Shown here piece by piece: positions 35,701 through 50,700 of a stretch of 64,000 bases of DNA (position 1 is its first letter; each line of letters begins with the position of its first letter). The stretch lies in NCBI GenBank assembly GCA_030265395.1, contig JARFYF010000051.1, positions 15,925,552 through 15,989,551 on the forward strand, given 5' to 3'. The translations under genes and the position numbers were made by a program. Source of the stretch: Rhina ancylostomus (taxonomy: Eukaryota). The notes under the pieces are model-generated. The model did not search any database. It was not told the DNA's origin and was given only the letters and a program-made list of their open reading frames with translations.

Positions 35701-38700
35701 TTCAAACCATTTTATTATCTTAAAGACCTTTATCAGATCATCCCTCAATCTTTTCTGGAGTAAAGAGCTGCAGTATTGGGTTGGGATCTGATCGATGAGT
35801 GTTCTCTCTCTTTTGGTCTTCAATCTGCTACTCTGTTACAGTCTTTCTTTACACTAAGGGTACTGAGTGTACAATTTCCAAGTTTGCTGACTATACAAAT
35901 ATGGGTGGCAAATTAAGCCTTGGGAAAATGTTAAGAGGTCATAAAGGACACAAACCAGTTGAGTTGGCAGATAGAGCATACTTCAAGGGAGTGTGAAATT
36001 ATCCATTATGGTTGGAACTAAGATTAAGCATTTTAAAGTTGGAAAGCAAGTTAAATAATATTCAGAAAGTTTGTAAAGCACAGAAAGCAACATAGGCTTG
36101 TATATATTCTTAGACAGCAACATAGGCTTATCTACATTCTTTGAAGTTTAAAAGAATGCGAAGGGATCTCAATATCGCATTAAAATTTTTTAATGGGCTT
36201 GAAAGAATATATTTTAAGATGTTGTTTCCTTGGAGAATGTAGAACTATAGTTCATTGTCTCAGGATAAAGGGTCAGCATCCTATCTGGATTCATCATGCC
36301 TTGGTATGGCAACTGATTTGCCCGGGACCACAAGAAACTGCAGAGAGTTGTGGACACAGCCTGACACATTTGCAAACCAGCCTCCCCTCCATGGACTCTG
36401 CCTTTCCTCTTGCTGCCTTGGTGAAGCAGCCAACATAATCAAAGACTCCACCCACCCAGGACATTCTCTCTCCTCCCCTCTCCCATTAGGCAGAAGATAA
36501 AGGAGCCTGAGGGTACATACCACCAGGCTCCAGGACAGCTTCTATCCTGCTGTTATAAATTTACTGAACCGCTCCCTTATACGATGAGATGGACTCTTGA
36601 CCTCACAATCTACCTTGTTATGACCTTGCACCTTCTTGTCTACCTGCACTGCACTTCCTCTGTAGCTGTGACACTTTAATCTGTATTCTGTTATTGTTTT
36701 TACCCTGTACTATCTAAATGCACTGTGCAGTGAATTGATCTGTATGATCAGTGTGCAAGACAAGTTTTTCACTGTACCTTGGTATAAGTGACAATAATAA
36801 ACCGATACCAATACTTAGGTAAAGAGAACTGTTCTCATTCACAGGAATTCTAGATGCTGTGGAAACTCAGTCATTAAGTTTATTCACATTGTAGATTGAT
36901 AGATTTTTGGGTGTTAAATGAATCACAAGATAGTAGGATATCCAGTTACACACTATCCTGATTGTCAAATACATCACTGTTCCTCCTCTAGTGCAGGGTC
37001 CAAACCCTGGAATTCCCTACCAACAGTACGATGGATATATCTTCACCAGAAGCAATGTAACAGTTCAAGAATGTGCCTTGCAACCACCTCAAAGCAATGC
37101 CTGTAGGCCTTAACAATGATGCTTATATCCCAAAAAATAAATGTTTAAAAATTGGAATTAATGTAGTTCACTTATGTTCTTATTAAAACTCAAAGGGCCA
37201 TATACTGTAGTCCTGATCAAAGTAATAATGCTTCATTCATTTTACTGCCATGGCCATTTCTCTTCTGAACATTCTCTTATTCCTCCAAACTGTCCAGTAC
37301 ATTCAGCCTCATTGTGTTGAAACCAGGGCTCAACATGTCATCTCTCACACCAGTACAATCTTTGTTTGAATTGAGGAACTTTTGATCTCCCTTAATCTTC
37401 CATCCCTCCTTTATTGTTCAGACTTTTGAGTGTTGGCATCATTTAATACAAAACTCATAGATGTACTTAATCTAGATATCTTACCACATTAGTGTTTTGT
37501 TCAATGGCGACAGTGCCCCTATGTCTGCGATGCCTGTGCCATTCTCTTCCATAACGTATTAGTAGAACAAGTGCAAAAATAAGGAAGAGAAGTAATACTG
37601 CAGTGATTCCTCCCACAAGTCCCATTTCCTTAAAACTGTAATTCCTGCTTTCTTTGGTAATTCCAGATGGAACTGCATATTAATAAGAAAAACAGACATT
37701 GGATAATAAAAAAATAATAAAAGATGAGTCTCCTGTCCTAGGAGCAATACTAGAGTTCGTTTAGTGAAGGATGTGTTTTTTCTAACACTTCCAAGTAAAA
37801 TAATATATTGTGAAAAGCCGTAGAAACAAACTTATTATTTTTTTTTTAAGTGCTGATCATCCCCAATATTTAGATGTTCCATGAAGATTCCTTGGTTAAG
37901 ATTGTTTGATCAGACTAGATTTGAATTGTCTTGCAGGCTTTTTCATAACAATTAAAATATTATTTCGTACCTCAAAGCTTTGGGCACTATGGAAGTAAGA
38001 TTCTCTTTATGTGAGCAAATATATTTCACACTACACAATTACCAACATTATTCATAATGATGATTGTAGTAGATCACTCTGCTTCTTATCAAGTATCACA
38101 TTGGAATCTTTTGTTTTCACCTGAATTGGCCAGCAGATCCTCATTATCAACATTCCTTGCATTCTCAATATTGAAGCACTTCCTTAGTCCTGAATGGGAC
38201 TGTCAGCCAAGACCAGGAAATCTTGGACAGTTTTTCTGTAAGTGCCATCCACCCTGGAATGATCTCTGTCAGTATTGACAGTGGGTTATACAACTTGTCT
38301 AAACAATGGGAGGGAAGGAAGGAGGAGGCATCTTTGTCCAAAGTTGGCACACTAAGGTTTATTTAGGGTAATGCATACTTACAATTCAAAATGCTTCCAC
38401 TTTCAATCCCTTTCTATAATCCATGTGTTAACTGCCTTTCTTGCCATCCCCCCCTCCTCTCATATTTCTTGAGCTTTTATGTCATCTAGTACTTCTATCA
38501 AGAAAATAAGGCAGATTGTCTAAAATTTCCTCAGTCCAGGGACATGTATCCAATTCATCCTATGTGTTTCTCACCTAAAAAAAATGGTTCTCATTCTCTT
38601 GCCTTCCTTGGTATTAAATAAAATGAATCCTTTCCATCAAATAATAACTCAACTTTGTCTAACATGAGCATAAATCAAATGTCTGTCATCTTAACAACCC

Positions 38701-41700
38701 AGTTATGACCTCTTGGAAATACTTGACTATTAAAGGAGTTGAGTGCAGCTGATGGCAACTTAGGCCAGGCCATCAGTTTGTATATTAACAACTTTAGATA
38801 GCTGCCATAGGGAGTCAAACTTCCATGGAGCTCTATGTAAATCTGCCTGTTGCTGATGCCCTTAGTGTAGTTGAGGGGAACTTGAAATGATTAAACATAT
38901 TTAATGAACAAAACCTTTTGAATTCTATGTGCCTTCTTTCACTAAGAATCTTCCTGAATTCTTCAAAGAACAAATAATCTATATTCCCAAGCAGTGAAGA
39001 TTTAATATCCACTGGGTGTTCTGTTACTCTAGTACCGAGGCCAACAATCTAACATTAAGCACCTGAAATCTTTTGTAGCCTCGGGCCATCCAACCAGATT
39101 TGAAGGCTTAAACCTACCTACGTGCTGGATACACATTGCTCGTGTGTGTGAAAGTAGCATGCAGAACAGAAGGGATTGGGCACATACCCAGCGTTTGTAA
39201 GCTGCTTAGGGGACCTCCTATTATGTGACTGCGCAACACATCAAACAGAAAGTATGTGGTTTGGTTAGGGATTTTAAGGAAATGCCTGCTAAATAAATCT
39301 GCTAACTTCTGGGTTGCTCTCTGTACCCTGTAATTTAATCAGTGGCTTCTAATTCCAATAATGTACACAGGTCCTTTCATTTTTCTGTAACATACAAAGT
39401 GCCAGATTTAGAACTGTTGCACCTCACTTGAAAAACAGACCTCTAGAAGATAAAGAAAAGACTATAAACCATATGGCCCTGCTCTGAGATGGATACATTT
39501 GTTGGTTGAGTTTCAAGCACCAGATGTGAAAAGGATCACACCATTTCCATTGCTGCCAGCTGGGGCATTGTGTTTGCACTGGGGGCATGAGTGTAGAACT
39601 TGGTCTAGCACCAATACAGGCACCATGAACTAACCATCAACTGTTCCTAATTTCTTTTGTGTTGTTTTTGGTGGAGTTGCCATCAGGTATGGTAGATGAT
39701 TTGGAATATTTTGACATCCTGCTCCCAATCCTGTGTGTTTCTCCAATTATTGCAGATAAGATTTGCCCCAATTTCACATGCAAGTTCCAGATCGCTCACC
39801 CTATTGCACAAAGACCGCTTTATGAGGAAAACAAAACTGTTCACCTATGTGGTTGCACACTGACTCACTTCTGAGATCCTTATGCACCTACCTACTTTCT
39901 ATCTATTTCTAGCCTACTTTGCTATTGTCTCCTCACCCCAGTCAACCTGGGCAAGCATCTGATGTCTTTGCCATAGCTACTTTTTGTCCCACTTGCTGTC
40001 ATGGTGAGCCACTGCACTGATTAATCACATCATTCACTCTCTTTTGATTAGTCTATAAACAGACATGTGACAAGGAAAACCTCCCAGTGGTGGAGGGCCT
40101 TGGGCTCCGTAGGTTCAATACCACCTATAACTCCTGAACAGGTCTCACTTACCATGTAATTTGTCTGATTTGGGATTATTACTAAACTAAAATTGCTGTA
40201 GGAAATATAAAATTGAAAGAGCAGGGGAGGTTTATATTTTTGTCGACAGGCCTACCTGGCTGACTTGAATGAAGAACCTCAACTTTGACCTTGGTGCTGA
40301 CCACGTCCCCTGATTCTTTGTCAGTTCCAACAAGCTGTACAGATAAGCCAAACCAAAGTTCAGTATCTTGTTTTTGTAACTATGGAAAGAGTTGGAGAGA
40401 GCAAATGTCCATTCTCTCCATTGAGTGCATATCAGTGACAAATAAAAACAAATAATAAATTAAAAAATGGCATTAAAACAGGGCAGAGAAAGAATGTTTC
40501 ATGTGTTTACCTCAGAGCTAAAGCCAGAGTCTACCCTTACCTGTAACATATATTTCTCATAAGCATGCAATCGATCTGTTCGAGCTAGTAAGAGTCCTTC
40601 CTGTGTTACTTGGAACAGCTGTGTGTGATTGGACCGATGTTCCAGGGAGTAGACAATGTTTGGATTTTTCCCCTGTGGTAACATGGGCACAAGGTCAGGC
40701 AACATGCATTCACACCAAGTTAGAATGAACAGTTAAATGTTCCCACTGCTTCCAAATTCCCTTTGCATTCCATAATCTACTCATTAAACCTGGGCTGTGA
40801 ACACTAAGTTCTGGGCTGTGAACACTTCTGGCCATTGAATGATGATAAGTCTTGGTGAAGTACCTCAGCATTGAAATGGTTTAAGGTGATAAGTCCATGA
40901 TGATGTATCTAAACATTCCAGCAGTTCAGCTGATGTGGTGAAAGATCATGGTAATGTTATTCAGCATTGAAATGGGTCAAAAAACAACAAGATCATAGAT
41001 CTATGATGAAATATCTCAGTGTTGGATGTATTTAGGTGACAGGTGGACAATAAACTATTTTGGTACTGCAACAGGCAGCAATGGGATGATTGTAAGGTGT
41101 CTTGGTATTAGGTCAGGATGAAAGTTTCCTGGTGAGGTATCTGAACATCATAATGTGTCTACGTAATAGGGTGAATTAGTTAGCAATACAATGTGCTGGG
41201 GTGACAGGACATTTAGTTTAATTTCTTTTTAAAACATTTCTCTTTTAAAATCTTTTCTGGTTTCTACTGGTATTTTTATTAGGCAATTCCTTCCATGTCC
41301 CAATAGCTCTTGGCATAAAAGAAAATTCTTCTTGGCTTTATTTATTCTTGTGATAAATTGATGCCTTCTGGATATAAACTCTTCCAACAATGAAAAGTCA
41401 TTTCAGATTCTTCTTGTCCAAACCTCCCATATTTTTCAAGACTTCAGATCATTTAATCTTCACTGTACGAATGAAAGGTCCTTGGTTTCTCTAATCTCTT
41501 CTCAGAACTGCTCAAGCTTTTCATCTCTGTTCTCACCTGAAAGAAACTGTGTCCTTCTGCTATCAAGCCTTCTATCAGTTTGATTGTTACTATCAGATGA
41601 CCAAGCCATTTAAACACAAGGGAAGATAAGCTAAATTTATGCAACCTGTTCTCCTACAGAGCTTTAGTGAATCTGTAGCCCCTTGAAGGTCAGCATCTTT

Positions 41701-44700
41701 TCTGAGTTCTGATGAAGAGTCATTGACCTGAAATGGGAATTCTGTTTCTCTCTCCAGAGATGCTTTTGCCTAACCTGCTGAGTATTTCCAGTATTTTTGA
41801 TTTTCATATTTTTACTGAATTGTGGAACCCCAAAGTGAATGGGATACTTAAGAGAAGTTCAAGAGCTGTGGGAAATACAGGTGAACGCGCCCAGTGGAAA
41901 GCTCTTTCAAAGATCTATTCATAATGGGCCAAATGGCCAGCCTCTATGGTTTGGCGAGGCAGAACAGATAAAGATTCTGTAAAATTGATTAATCGCTTTC
42001 TTGCCCTTTTGTATCTCAGTCCTCTTGAGGTGAATGTAGATAAAAGACTTGGAGAGGTCCCCGGCAGTTTTTGAAAACTGCCTTGTGATCTTTCACCTGC
42101 ATCCTAGCATGGGGCATGTGCCCCAGTTTAATGGTTCATTTGAATACTGTCACTTTTAATAGCAAGTGAAGAAATACATAAAACAAAAATATTATTTAAC
42201 TCACATTTTTGAAATCCTGGTCTATTACTTCTAGCAGTAAGAGTTTATTGCCGTAAGTAACTACCAGGGCAAGTGGGTTTGGTTGCTCCTGAATGAATCC
42301 CTCATACTCGATGGTGTTAAACCGTGGCCGATAGCGATTCTGGGCCAAAACGTGAATCAGCACTGTTGTCACTGTGTACTTAGTGGAATCATCCACTTGG
42401 GAGGCCTGGAAGAAAGACATTAATGTAATGCTGTGTCATAGAGGCCTTGTCCCTCTTATTACGTACAGCCTCTCCTTCATTCTTAAATATATTACCAACA
42501 TTTCCTAGTTCATACTGGGTCATTTGGATCAGACTTACAGATGCTGCCTAACCTGCTGACTGCTTCCAGCATTTTCGCTTTTTATTATGGATAACCTATG
42601 GGCTTAATCCTCAAGCTTAGTCTGTTGACCTCTACATAGAACGTACAGCACAGAAACAGGCAAATGTTGCCAAATTATTCAAGCCCTTGTTTATGCGGCA
42701 CATGTGCTTTGCTCCCATTCTACTTCACCTCATCCTGTCAGTCTTCAGTCCATCCCTTTCTCTCATTTACTTATCCAACTTCCCTTTAAATAAATCTGTT
42801 CCCCTCACCTGTGTGTGGTAACAAGTTCCTCATTCACTAAGTAAAGGAGTTTCTCCTAAATTCCTGGCCAGAATAGCCACCTTGTAGTTACAACACCTTA
42901 TCTTGGGCTCTCTGACAAGTGGTACACCTATATAAATATATTTCAAATTCTTTCTCTGTATCCCAATATCCCTTCTAACTCTATCTAACTCAATACCCCT
43001 TTATAGAAAAAAGACCCAGCCTGTACATTTTATCTAAATAATTTTAACCTTTATTTCTGGTAACATCAATATAAATTTTATTGACACTTTCTCCGGAGTT
43101 TCCATAACATTTTTACATGCAGATCAAAGCTCTGAGTAATATCCTGATTGTTGTCTGATGATATTTGATATGTTTAACCTAACCTCTCTTCTAAGTGAGA
43201 AACCTTAGCCAAAGTAAATAAGAAAATAAATCCATCATTGTCCCTGCTTCTAATTGCTACTCAATGATTCCTGATAGTCAGTTTTGACTGGATTGCTCCT
43301 GTGGTGAGATATTAACCAATGATTGTAGTTTAAACTCACACCTGAAAAGAGGGCTGCTTAAACAAGAAGGTTTTTAGTGCATGCAAAGCCAGACTATGGG
43401 TGTACAAAGAGGGAACAATGGTTAGTAATCCATTCATCAATCATATAAAGAGAAAGTATACAGAGAGGTAACACAATGAACTGCATTTCATGATGTATTT
43501 GGAGATGCTTTTATGTCTGAGCTACAATTTGAGAAGTGTGACCTAGCAGAGCAGCTGCTGTTGGGCCGAGGATGTCATGGATTACAAGAGAAAACACAAT
43601 GGAAATTAGTAAAAGGACAATCCGTTGCTTCAGAATCCCGAGAATCAGTGCCCTCTGATGAGATTTCCTGATGGTACAACTGAGGGAATGGGGAGATCAT
43701 TCATGTGTTTCTCTGATGTAGAAATGGTTCATGAGGCCAGGATTTATTGCCTGCCTCTAGTTGCCCTTGAGCCTAGTAAACTGCTGCAGTCCTTGTGATA
43801 AAAGTATTCCTACAGTGCTATTAAAGAGGGAATTCCAGAATTGAGATCCAGTGATGATGAAGAAGGGGCAATAAATCAGAATGATGTGTGCCTTGGTGAG
43901 AAACCTGCTGGTAGTGACATTTCCATGTGTATGCCAGGTTTATTTTGGATGGTAGAAATTATAAGCTTAGAAGAAGCTTTGGTGAGAAATTCCAGCACAC
44001 TTTGTGGTTTGCACACACTGCAACCACAGTCCAAAAGTGTAGAGAATGAATGTTTAAGGTGGTGAACGGGTGACAATTAACCAGGCTGCTTTGCCCTGTA
44101 CGTGAGGCAGGGTTTTGACCTGTAACATTGACAGTTCCTTTCCCCCATAGATACTGCTCGACACACTGAGTTCCTCCAGCAGATTGTTTGTTGCTCCAGA
44201 TTCCAGCATCTACAGTCTCTTGTGTCTCAATATTTATGTGTCCAGTTAAGTCTCTAGTCAAAGGTGCCCCATCCAGATGTTGATGGTATTGTCTCACAGT
44301 GGTGCAGCAGGTAGTGATGCTCCTGAAACCCTGGTTCAATCTTGTCTGTATGGATTTTCTCTGGTTGACCATGGGGGTTTCTCATGTGCTCCAGTTTCCA
44401 CCCATATCCCAGTGATGTGCCAGTTTGTTGATTAATTGCCACTGTAAATTAGTTGTAATGTGGATGGATGGTAGATAAATCAGGGGAGAGTTGAAGGGCA
44501 TGTGAGGGAGAATAGGTCGCAGGGAAATAAGTGGGGCATTGGGATTGATTGGATTGCTCTGACTAAGTGGGCCAAATAATCTCCTCACATCAAACGGAAA
44601 TATGAATTAAAAAATCTTCATGAAGGTAATGCAGTTGACAGATGGAAAACAATAATTAGGCTACTTTTGGAGATGGTCATTGCCTAGCTTTTGTGTGGCT

Positions 44701-47700
44701 TGTATGTTAATTCTCACTTATTAGCCTTGCCTGAATTTTGTCTATACCCTTCTGCATGCTGGAATAGTCTGCTATGTTATCTGGGGAGTTGCAAATGGAA
44801 GTTAATTTGTGCAATCATGATCAGAAATCCTCACTTCCGATCTTATGATAGATGGAAGATCATTGATGAAGCAGCTAAAGATCTCTTGGCCAGGACACTG
44901 TCCTGTCCTGCAGTGATGTCCTGGACCTGAGATGATTGGCTTCCAGAACCAGAACCACAACTATCTTCATTCTTGTTAGATATGGTTCTAGCTGGTGAAG
45001 AGTTTTTGCATAGATTGCCATTGATTTCAATTCCATTAGGATTCCTTGAAGCCACACATTCAGGTGCTCATTTGATGTCATGGATAGTCACTTTCAACTC
45101 ACCTCATCTCACCTCACAAATTAATCTCTTTGTCTATATTTGAACCAAAGCTTTGATGAGGTGTGGAGCTGAGTCATCCTTGCAAAACCCAAACTGATCA
45201 TCAGTGAGCAGGCTAAAGGCAAGTAGGTTCTACTTCAGAGTACTGTAAATAATACTTCTCTTGGGTTATTCTGCAGCAGTGTCCAAAACTTGGACAAATG
45301 CAGAAAGAATTCATTGCTCATAGTCACAATGATTTTTTAAGCTATAAATCTTGTTTAGTTTTATATATATATTTTTTTACCATGACAGTCAGAGAGAACA
45401 AAGGGGTCTTCATGAAGCTCCGGACTGGCCACCTCATCATTATTGCTCCAGTCACGTTGTTGACTTCAAATCTACCATCATCACCACCTGAAGGGAAAAA
45501 GGAACAATGAGACCCAGTGCACTCTCTCACTGACTTTATTCTACTCCATGCACTATGCGTGTACCCCAGCTGTCCTGCTCAAGTTTCTCAGCTCTCAGTT
45601 TGCTGGTCCCAGTTTCAACCACCAAGACTGGACCCCATCTGTCCCATTGCCAGACATCAGTTACTCACTGAGGCTTGATCTCCACTCTCTGTGTTGAACA
45701 GAGGCCTGACTCCAGCTCACCTGCTGCGGTTTCATCTCAGTACCCCTTTTGCCAGATCCAGTTCAATTATTGAGATTTTACCTGAGTTCCCCCATTGTCG
45801 GACCCCAGAACACTCGCTGAGATCAGACACGAGCTCACCTGCTCAAGATGGACCCTGGTTGGTAGACCCCGTTGCCAGATACAAGCTCTTTCACCAAGAA
45901 CCAATATCAACATACATCCTGAAACTGCACCACAGCTCTACATTCAACTATAACCACTCAAGCTCTCCTCTTGACCTCTCCCCTTGTCATGGTTCTGAGT
46001 TCTGGCCCTCAATTTGGCTCATTAATGCCTTGTTGTCCAGCACATGGATTCCATGCTGGNNNNNNNNNNNNNNNNNNNNNNNNNNNNNNNNNNNNNNNNN
46101 NNNNNNNNNNNNNNNNNNNNNNNNNNNNNNNNNNNNNNNNNNNNNNNNNNNNNNNNNNNATCCTGACTCCAGTCGTGTATTGGTGTGCCGCATTTGGGTT
46201 CTCTGTGAGTTTGATCTGGATCAACATTGTGACACCCCTGCTCAGCAGAGTTATTGCACCCTGTTACACCTCAGCCCACTCTCACCTGAAGGCTTTCGGT
46301 TATAGCACTCTCTGTTACACTTGCTATCTTCCATGCTAGTATATGTTGAGATTTTATTTTCAGGTTTATTTCAAGCAAGAGAGTAGCCACATGGACTGAT
46401 TTGTTTGTCTTTTAGAGTTCAGACCTGCGAGAATTGAGTATGCAACTGCTGTCTGAAGTCCCTTGTCTCCATCCTCTGCTAATAAGGGTCCTGGGGAGAG
46501 CTGGAGAGCATTATACTGTAACAGAAAAAAGACTGAAATCAGCAAAGATAGGGAACACTTAACTTGCTGAGAATTTTGTCAACGTGATATAAACAATATT
46601 GGGAATGGGACACCTCCCATTTTATGTCCTCATTGTTAGGTTAACTCCAGCAATGTACTATAGAGATAAACTGCCTGTACTGTATCCTAACACATTATCT
46701 TAAATTCAACTTTGCAACGGCAGCTCCTATTGCATCAGAGTGGCATTATCCACTTCTCTAACCCATTTTTCTGCTGACTCTGAATGAGATTGGATATATT
46801 ATGTTAAATAAGAATGAAAATATGATTGCATTTATTGAGCTCCTTTCATAACCTCAGGATCTTCCAAAAACTAAATAATGTTTGAAAGTTAACATTTCCA
46901 TTATGCAGAAAATAGCCTACTTTTGCAATACTGAGCATAAATCCTCTGTTCTGTTTTGAAATAATGCCATGGTGTCTATTGAATTCATTGAGGAGCACAT
47001 GGAACTTTGATGCAATATCTGTCCTGCTGTATTATTACTTGGACAATTTTAAAAATGGATTTGAGGAGCAAAAGGGATCTGGGAGTGCATGTGTAGAAAT
47101 CACCAACAGTTTTAATGGATATTAATAAACTGTGAAGATATAACTCAAACATACTTACTTCTAAGAGTTTGGAATTGATGAGATATTTGGAGAACTAACA
47201 ATGCACCTTTCTCTTAATTTGATCTCTTTTTAATTGATGCATTTTTAAATGGGTCTTAAATAAATTTTCTCCTCTATTAATGGTCTTCTGTGGCACCACC
47301 TTACATCAGACCACTGCATCCCAATTATCTTCAGCAGTGAACTACCTCAGTGCTGGAAATGCCATAAAGACAGTTATACTAGGGCTGTTGACTCCAGCAG
47401 GATATATTCCTGGAGATTTCAGAACAAGACTTGTCTTGAATCACTGCAGAACTGCAGTTGGTCACCTAAAATGTCAAATGTCATGAAACATCTTGTCTTC
47501 TGGTTTCTTGCACTAATCAGGAAACAAACAGGATCTTTGTTACCCAATTGGGTGATGGTTGACTGCCAGTTAAAGAGATTTTTATCCTGCCTCTAACATT
47601 TTTATAGTTAATGAATAAAAGCATTCAAAGGAAGTTAATAAATTGTGTTTAATTTTTATTTGTATGACTTTTTTTCTGATAGCACTGACCAGGAGATTGA

Positions 47701-50700
47701 TTCCTGAAGTTCAGTACAAGCTGACTGACCAGACTAAACCCCAGATGAGGAGGAAACCGTGCTAAGGTCACAGTTGTTTTGGGCTGGAAGTCCTGATGAT
47801 CCTGTGGTAAAATTTCAAAAATGACCCTTCTACTTGTATGATTTCCCCCTTACCGGTAGCTTTGCTTCTGTGACATTTCCTGTGTAGACTGGATTGACAC
47901 AGATTCTGGTCTTCCTGTGTAACAGGAAATTACATGGAAGAAATCTTGGGTATTGGTCATCCCCATCCAACACACTGATGGTCATTTTCACTGTTGTGTT
48001 ATATCTCTCCTCGGTATTCATTTCCTGTAGGATGGTAAAGAAAATGTTTCAGTGCTAAGATGGTTAGTACAACTAAGTCAGGAGGGACATGATTTCAGGG
48101 AGGAACTATGGATATTACTCCACAAGCTCAATCCTCTAATTCATTAGCAAACTGCAGACAGAATCTGGAACAAAAATAAGTCAGGTAAATGAGCTTTCAT
48201 ACCATGGCATAAACCTGTAGATCCAACTCTTTCTTGATCTCATAATCGAGGGGTCGGGCCAGTTGGACTTTCCCACTACTTGGCAAGTCAATCCTGAAGA
48301 ATTCTGCATCATTCTACAACACAAAGGTAGAGATTGATAAAACGAAAGACATCATTCATCCATCAGCAGGCAAAGAGACAGAGAAAAGCTGCTCATCAGA
48401 TTCCTAACCTCTAAACTCCATCTCGTTCACCTGTTCCATTGCAACCTTTCTTGCCTCTGCTGCTTTGAGATTATTGTGGCCTTTTGTCCTTTCAACTTGA
48501 AGGGAGGATGATGGTGAGCTGATGAAACTGTAGTATTGAAGGAAGCACTTCTACTCCTCAACAGCAATTTATTAAAATTGTTTCTCTCTTTAGGACTATC
48601 CTTTCAGTAATCAAGGGCCATCATATATAGAGAGGAGCAAATATGGCTCCTCTTTTGCATGTCCAATTTAAGTAAAATACTTACTTAGGGCAGCTTGCCA
48701 GGACACTTGTAAAATGGGCCTTTCCAATAGCAGGCTAGATATCTTTTAGCAATACTTTCAGCATGGTGTGTTGGTCCTTGAAATTGGCCTTCTTTGCACC
48801 AAGTTTATGTCTTGAAGTGACAAGATCCAGCTTCTGTTCCCGGTGTACCTCCCGGCCCTCATTTTAATACAAGCTTGATCTGTTCAGAAACTAAACTGAG
48901 ATTGTTTTCCTCAGAAAGACCAGGTTAACTGGAGACTTAATAGTGGATATTCTAAATAATGAAGGGTTTTGGTAGAGTAAATGAGCATAATTGTTATCAT
49001 TGTTGGGAGCATTAGTAAACAGATAATGCAGATTTGAGATAGTTCCCAAAGCAACCAAGAAGATCAAAAAACCAGAGCAAATTGTTAGAATCTGATGGAT
49101 AGTCAAATCAAGTGGAATAGTAACTTCCAAAAGGGAAATGAATGAATAGTTGAAAAGGAAACATGAAGAAAGTGGGAAGAATGGCACTAACTACTTAAAA
49201 GAGCCAACAATGGCATGATGGGCCTCATGGCCTTTTGTACCTATTGAGGCCAAATCACTGCTACTCCCAATTAGGTCCTCATTTTACTCCTCTTCAAGGC
49301 AGTTGTCTCAGTCTCAACTGGTGCAAGATTTTACCTACCGATGTTCCATCAATCATGTAGATGAGGCCATCACCATCTTTATCCTGAGCCTGCAATCTGA
49401 AGAGAACCACGCCAACTGGTGTCAGCTATGACAGGGAAAGTGGGAGGAGGAACAAAGAACACCTTTTAAAGATGATTCAAAAGTTCTGGAAAATTTCAAT
49501 CCTGAAATATCAGAGTATAAGTAGTTAGTTTGAAGTAAAACTTCCTGCTACAGACTTGAAGAAGGAAAAAAAATGAAATAAAAAAATGCTGGAAATGTTC
49601 AGTGGGCCTGAAATGTTAACTCAGTTTCTCTTGTCACAGGTGCAGCCTGACCTGCTGAATATTTCCAGCATTTTCTGTTTTACTTTTAGAGTTCCAGCAT
49701 CTGCAGATTTTGTTTGATTTTCAAAGAAAAAACATGTTTATATAGCACCTTTCACAACTTCAGACCATTCTGAATGCTTTAGAGCCAATAAATAATTTTT
49801 TGAAATGTATTCTCAGTGGTAGCATTGAAAGTGCAGTGTGCAACATGATAATGACCAGATCGCATGTTTCACTTACTCTCATTGAGAGGTAAACATTGGC
49901 CATGACAACATGGAGAACTCCCTCACTCCACTTTTAAAAGTGCTATAGTGTTTTATATGTTCATCTGAGTAGGTAAAGGGATCCCTAGTTTAACTCTAGC
50001 TAATTTGGCACTCCCTTACTGCTGCACTAGAGAGTTAGTCCAAATTATGCTTTCAGTCTCTGAAATTGCCCACTTTGAAATGAAAAAAATCATGGCACTT
50101 CTTAAAAAAACAACATACTGGTTCTCAGATGTTACTGTACACAGGTCGGCTGTCTTGGCTATACTACATTTCAATAAATAGTATGTTAGCTGTAAAGCAC
50201 TTTGGGATGACCTGAAATTGTAAAATGCACCACATAAATGTAAGTCCTTTTTCTTTAATGAACAAGACAACAGACAGTTGACTCCTCACCTCACTGATGT
50301 TGAGTGGTTGAACACTCTCTTCCAGGAAAACCGGTAAGTTATCATTTTCATTAAGGACTTGCACCATTAACCTGTGATGGGTCTGCAAAAATATAGGAAC
50401 ATTCATTGACTCCTTAATTTATAAATAAAACACCAGCATCTGAATGACTTTCACTGCCATTCCATCCAGCTTCCACCATTGGTCCTTTCCTTTTATTCAA
50501 GTCATGAGTTGTTAGGATTGGAAACATCCTCCCTGACGAGGCAGTAGAAGCTAATTTCATTAATTATAAAAGAAAGTTGGACAAGTGAAAGAGGTTGCAG
50601 GTTTGTGTACAGAATGCAGGCATGTGGTACCAAGAAGTATTGATCTTTCTAAGAACCAATATAAGTACAATTACCTGCCTATATAAGTTTCCATGATTCC

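Noticed and set aside
40153-40195. Possible extra cadherin exon with good splice signals (tacag|...ATG|GTAAGT)
   Set aside because: It is 43 nt long, so including it would break the frame between exons 12 and 13, which already join correctly.
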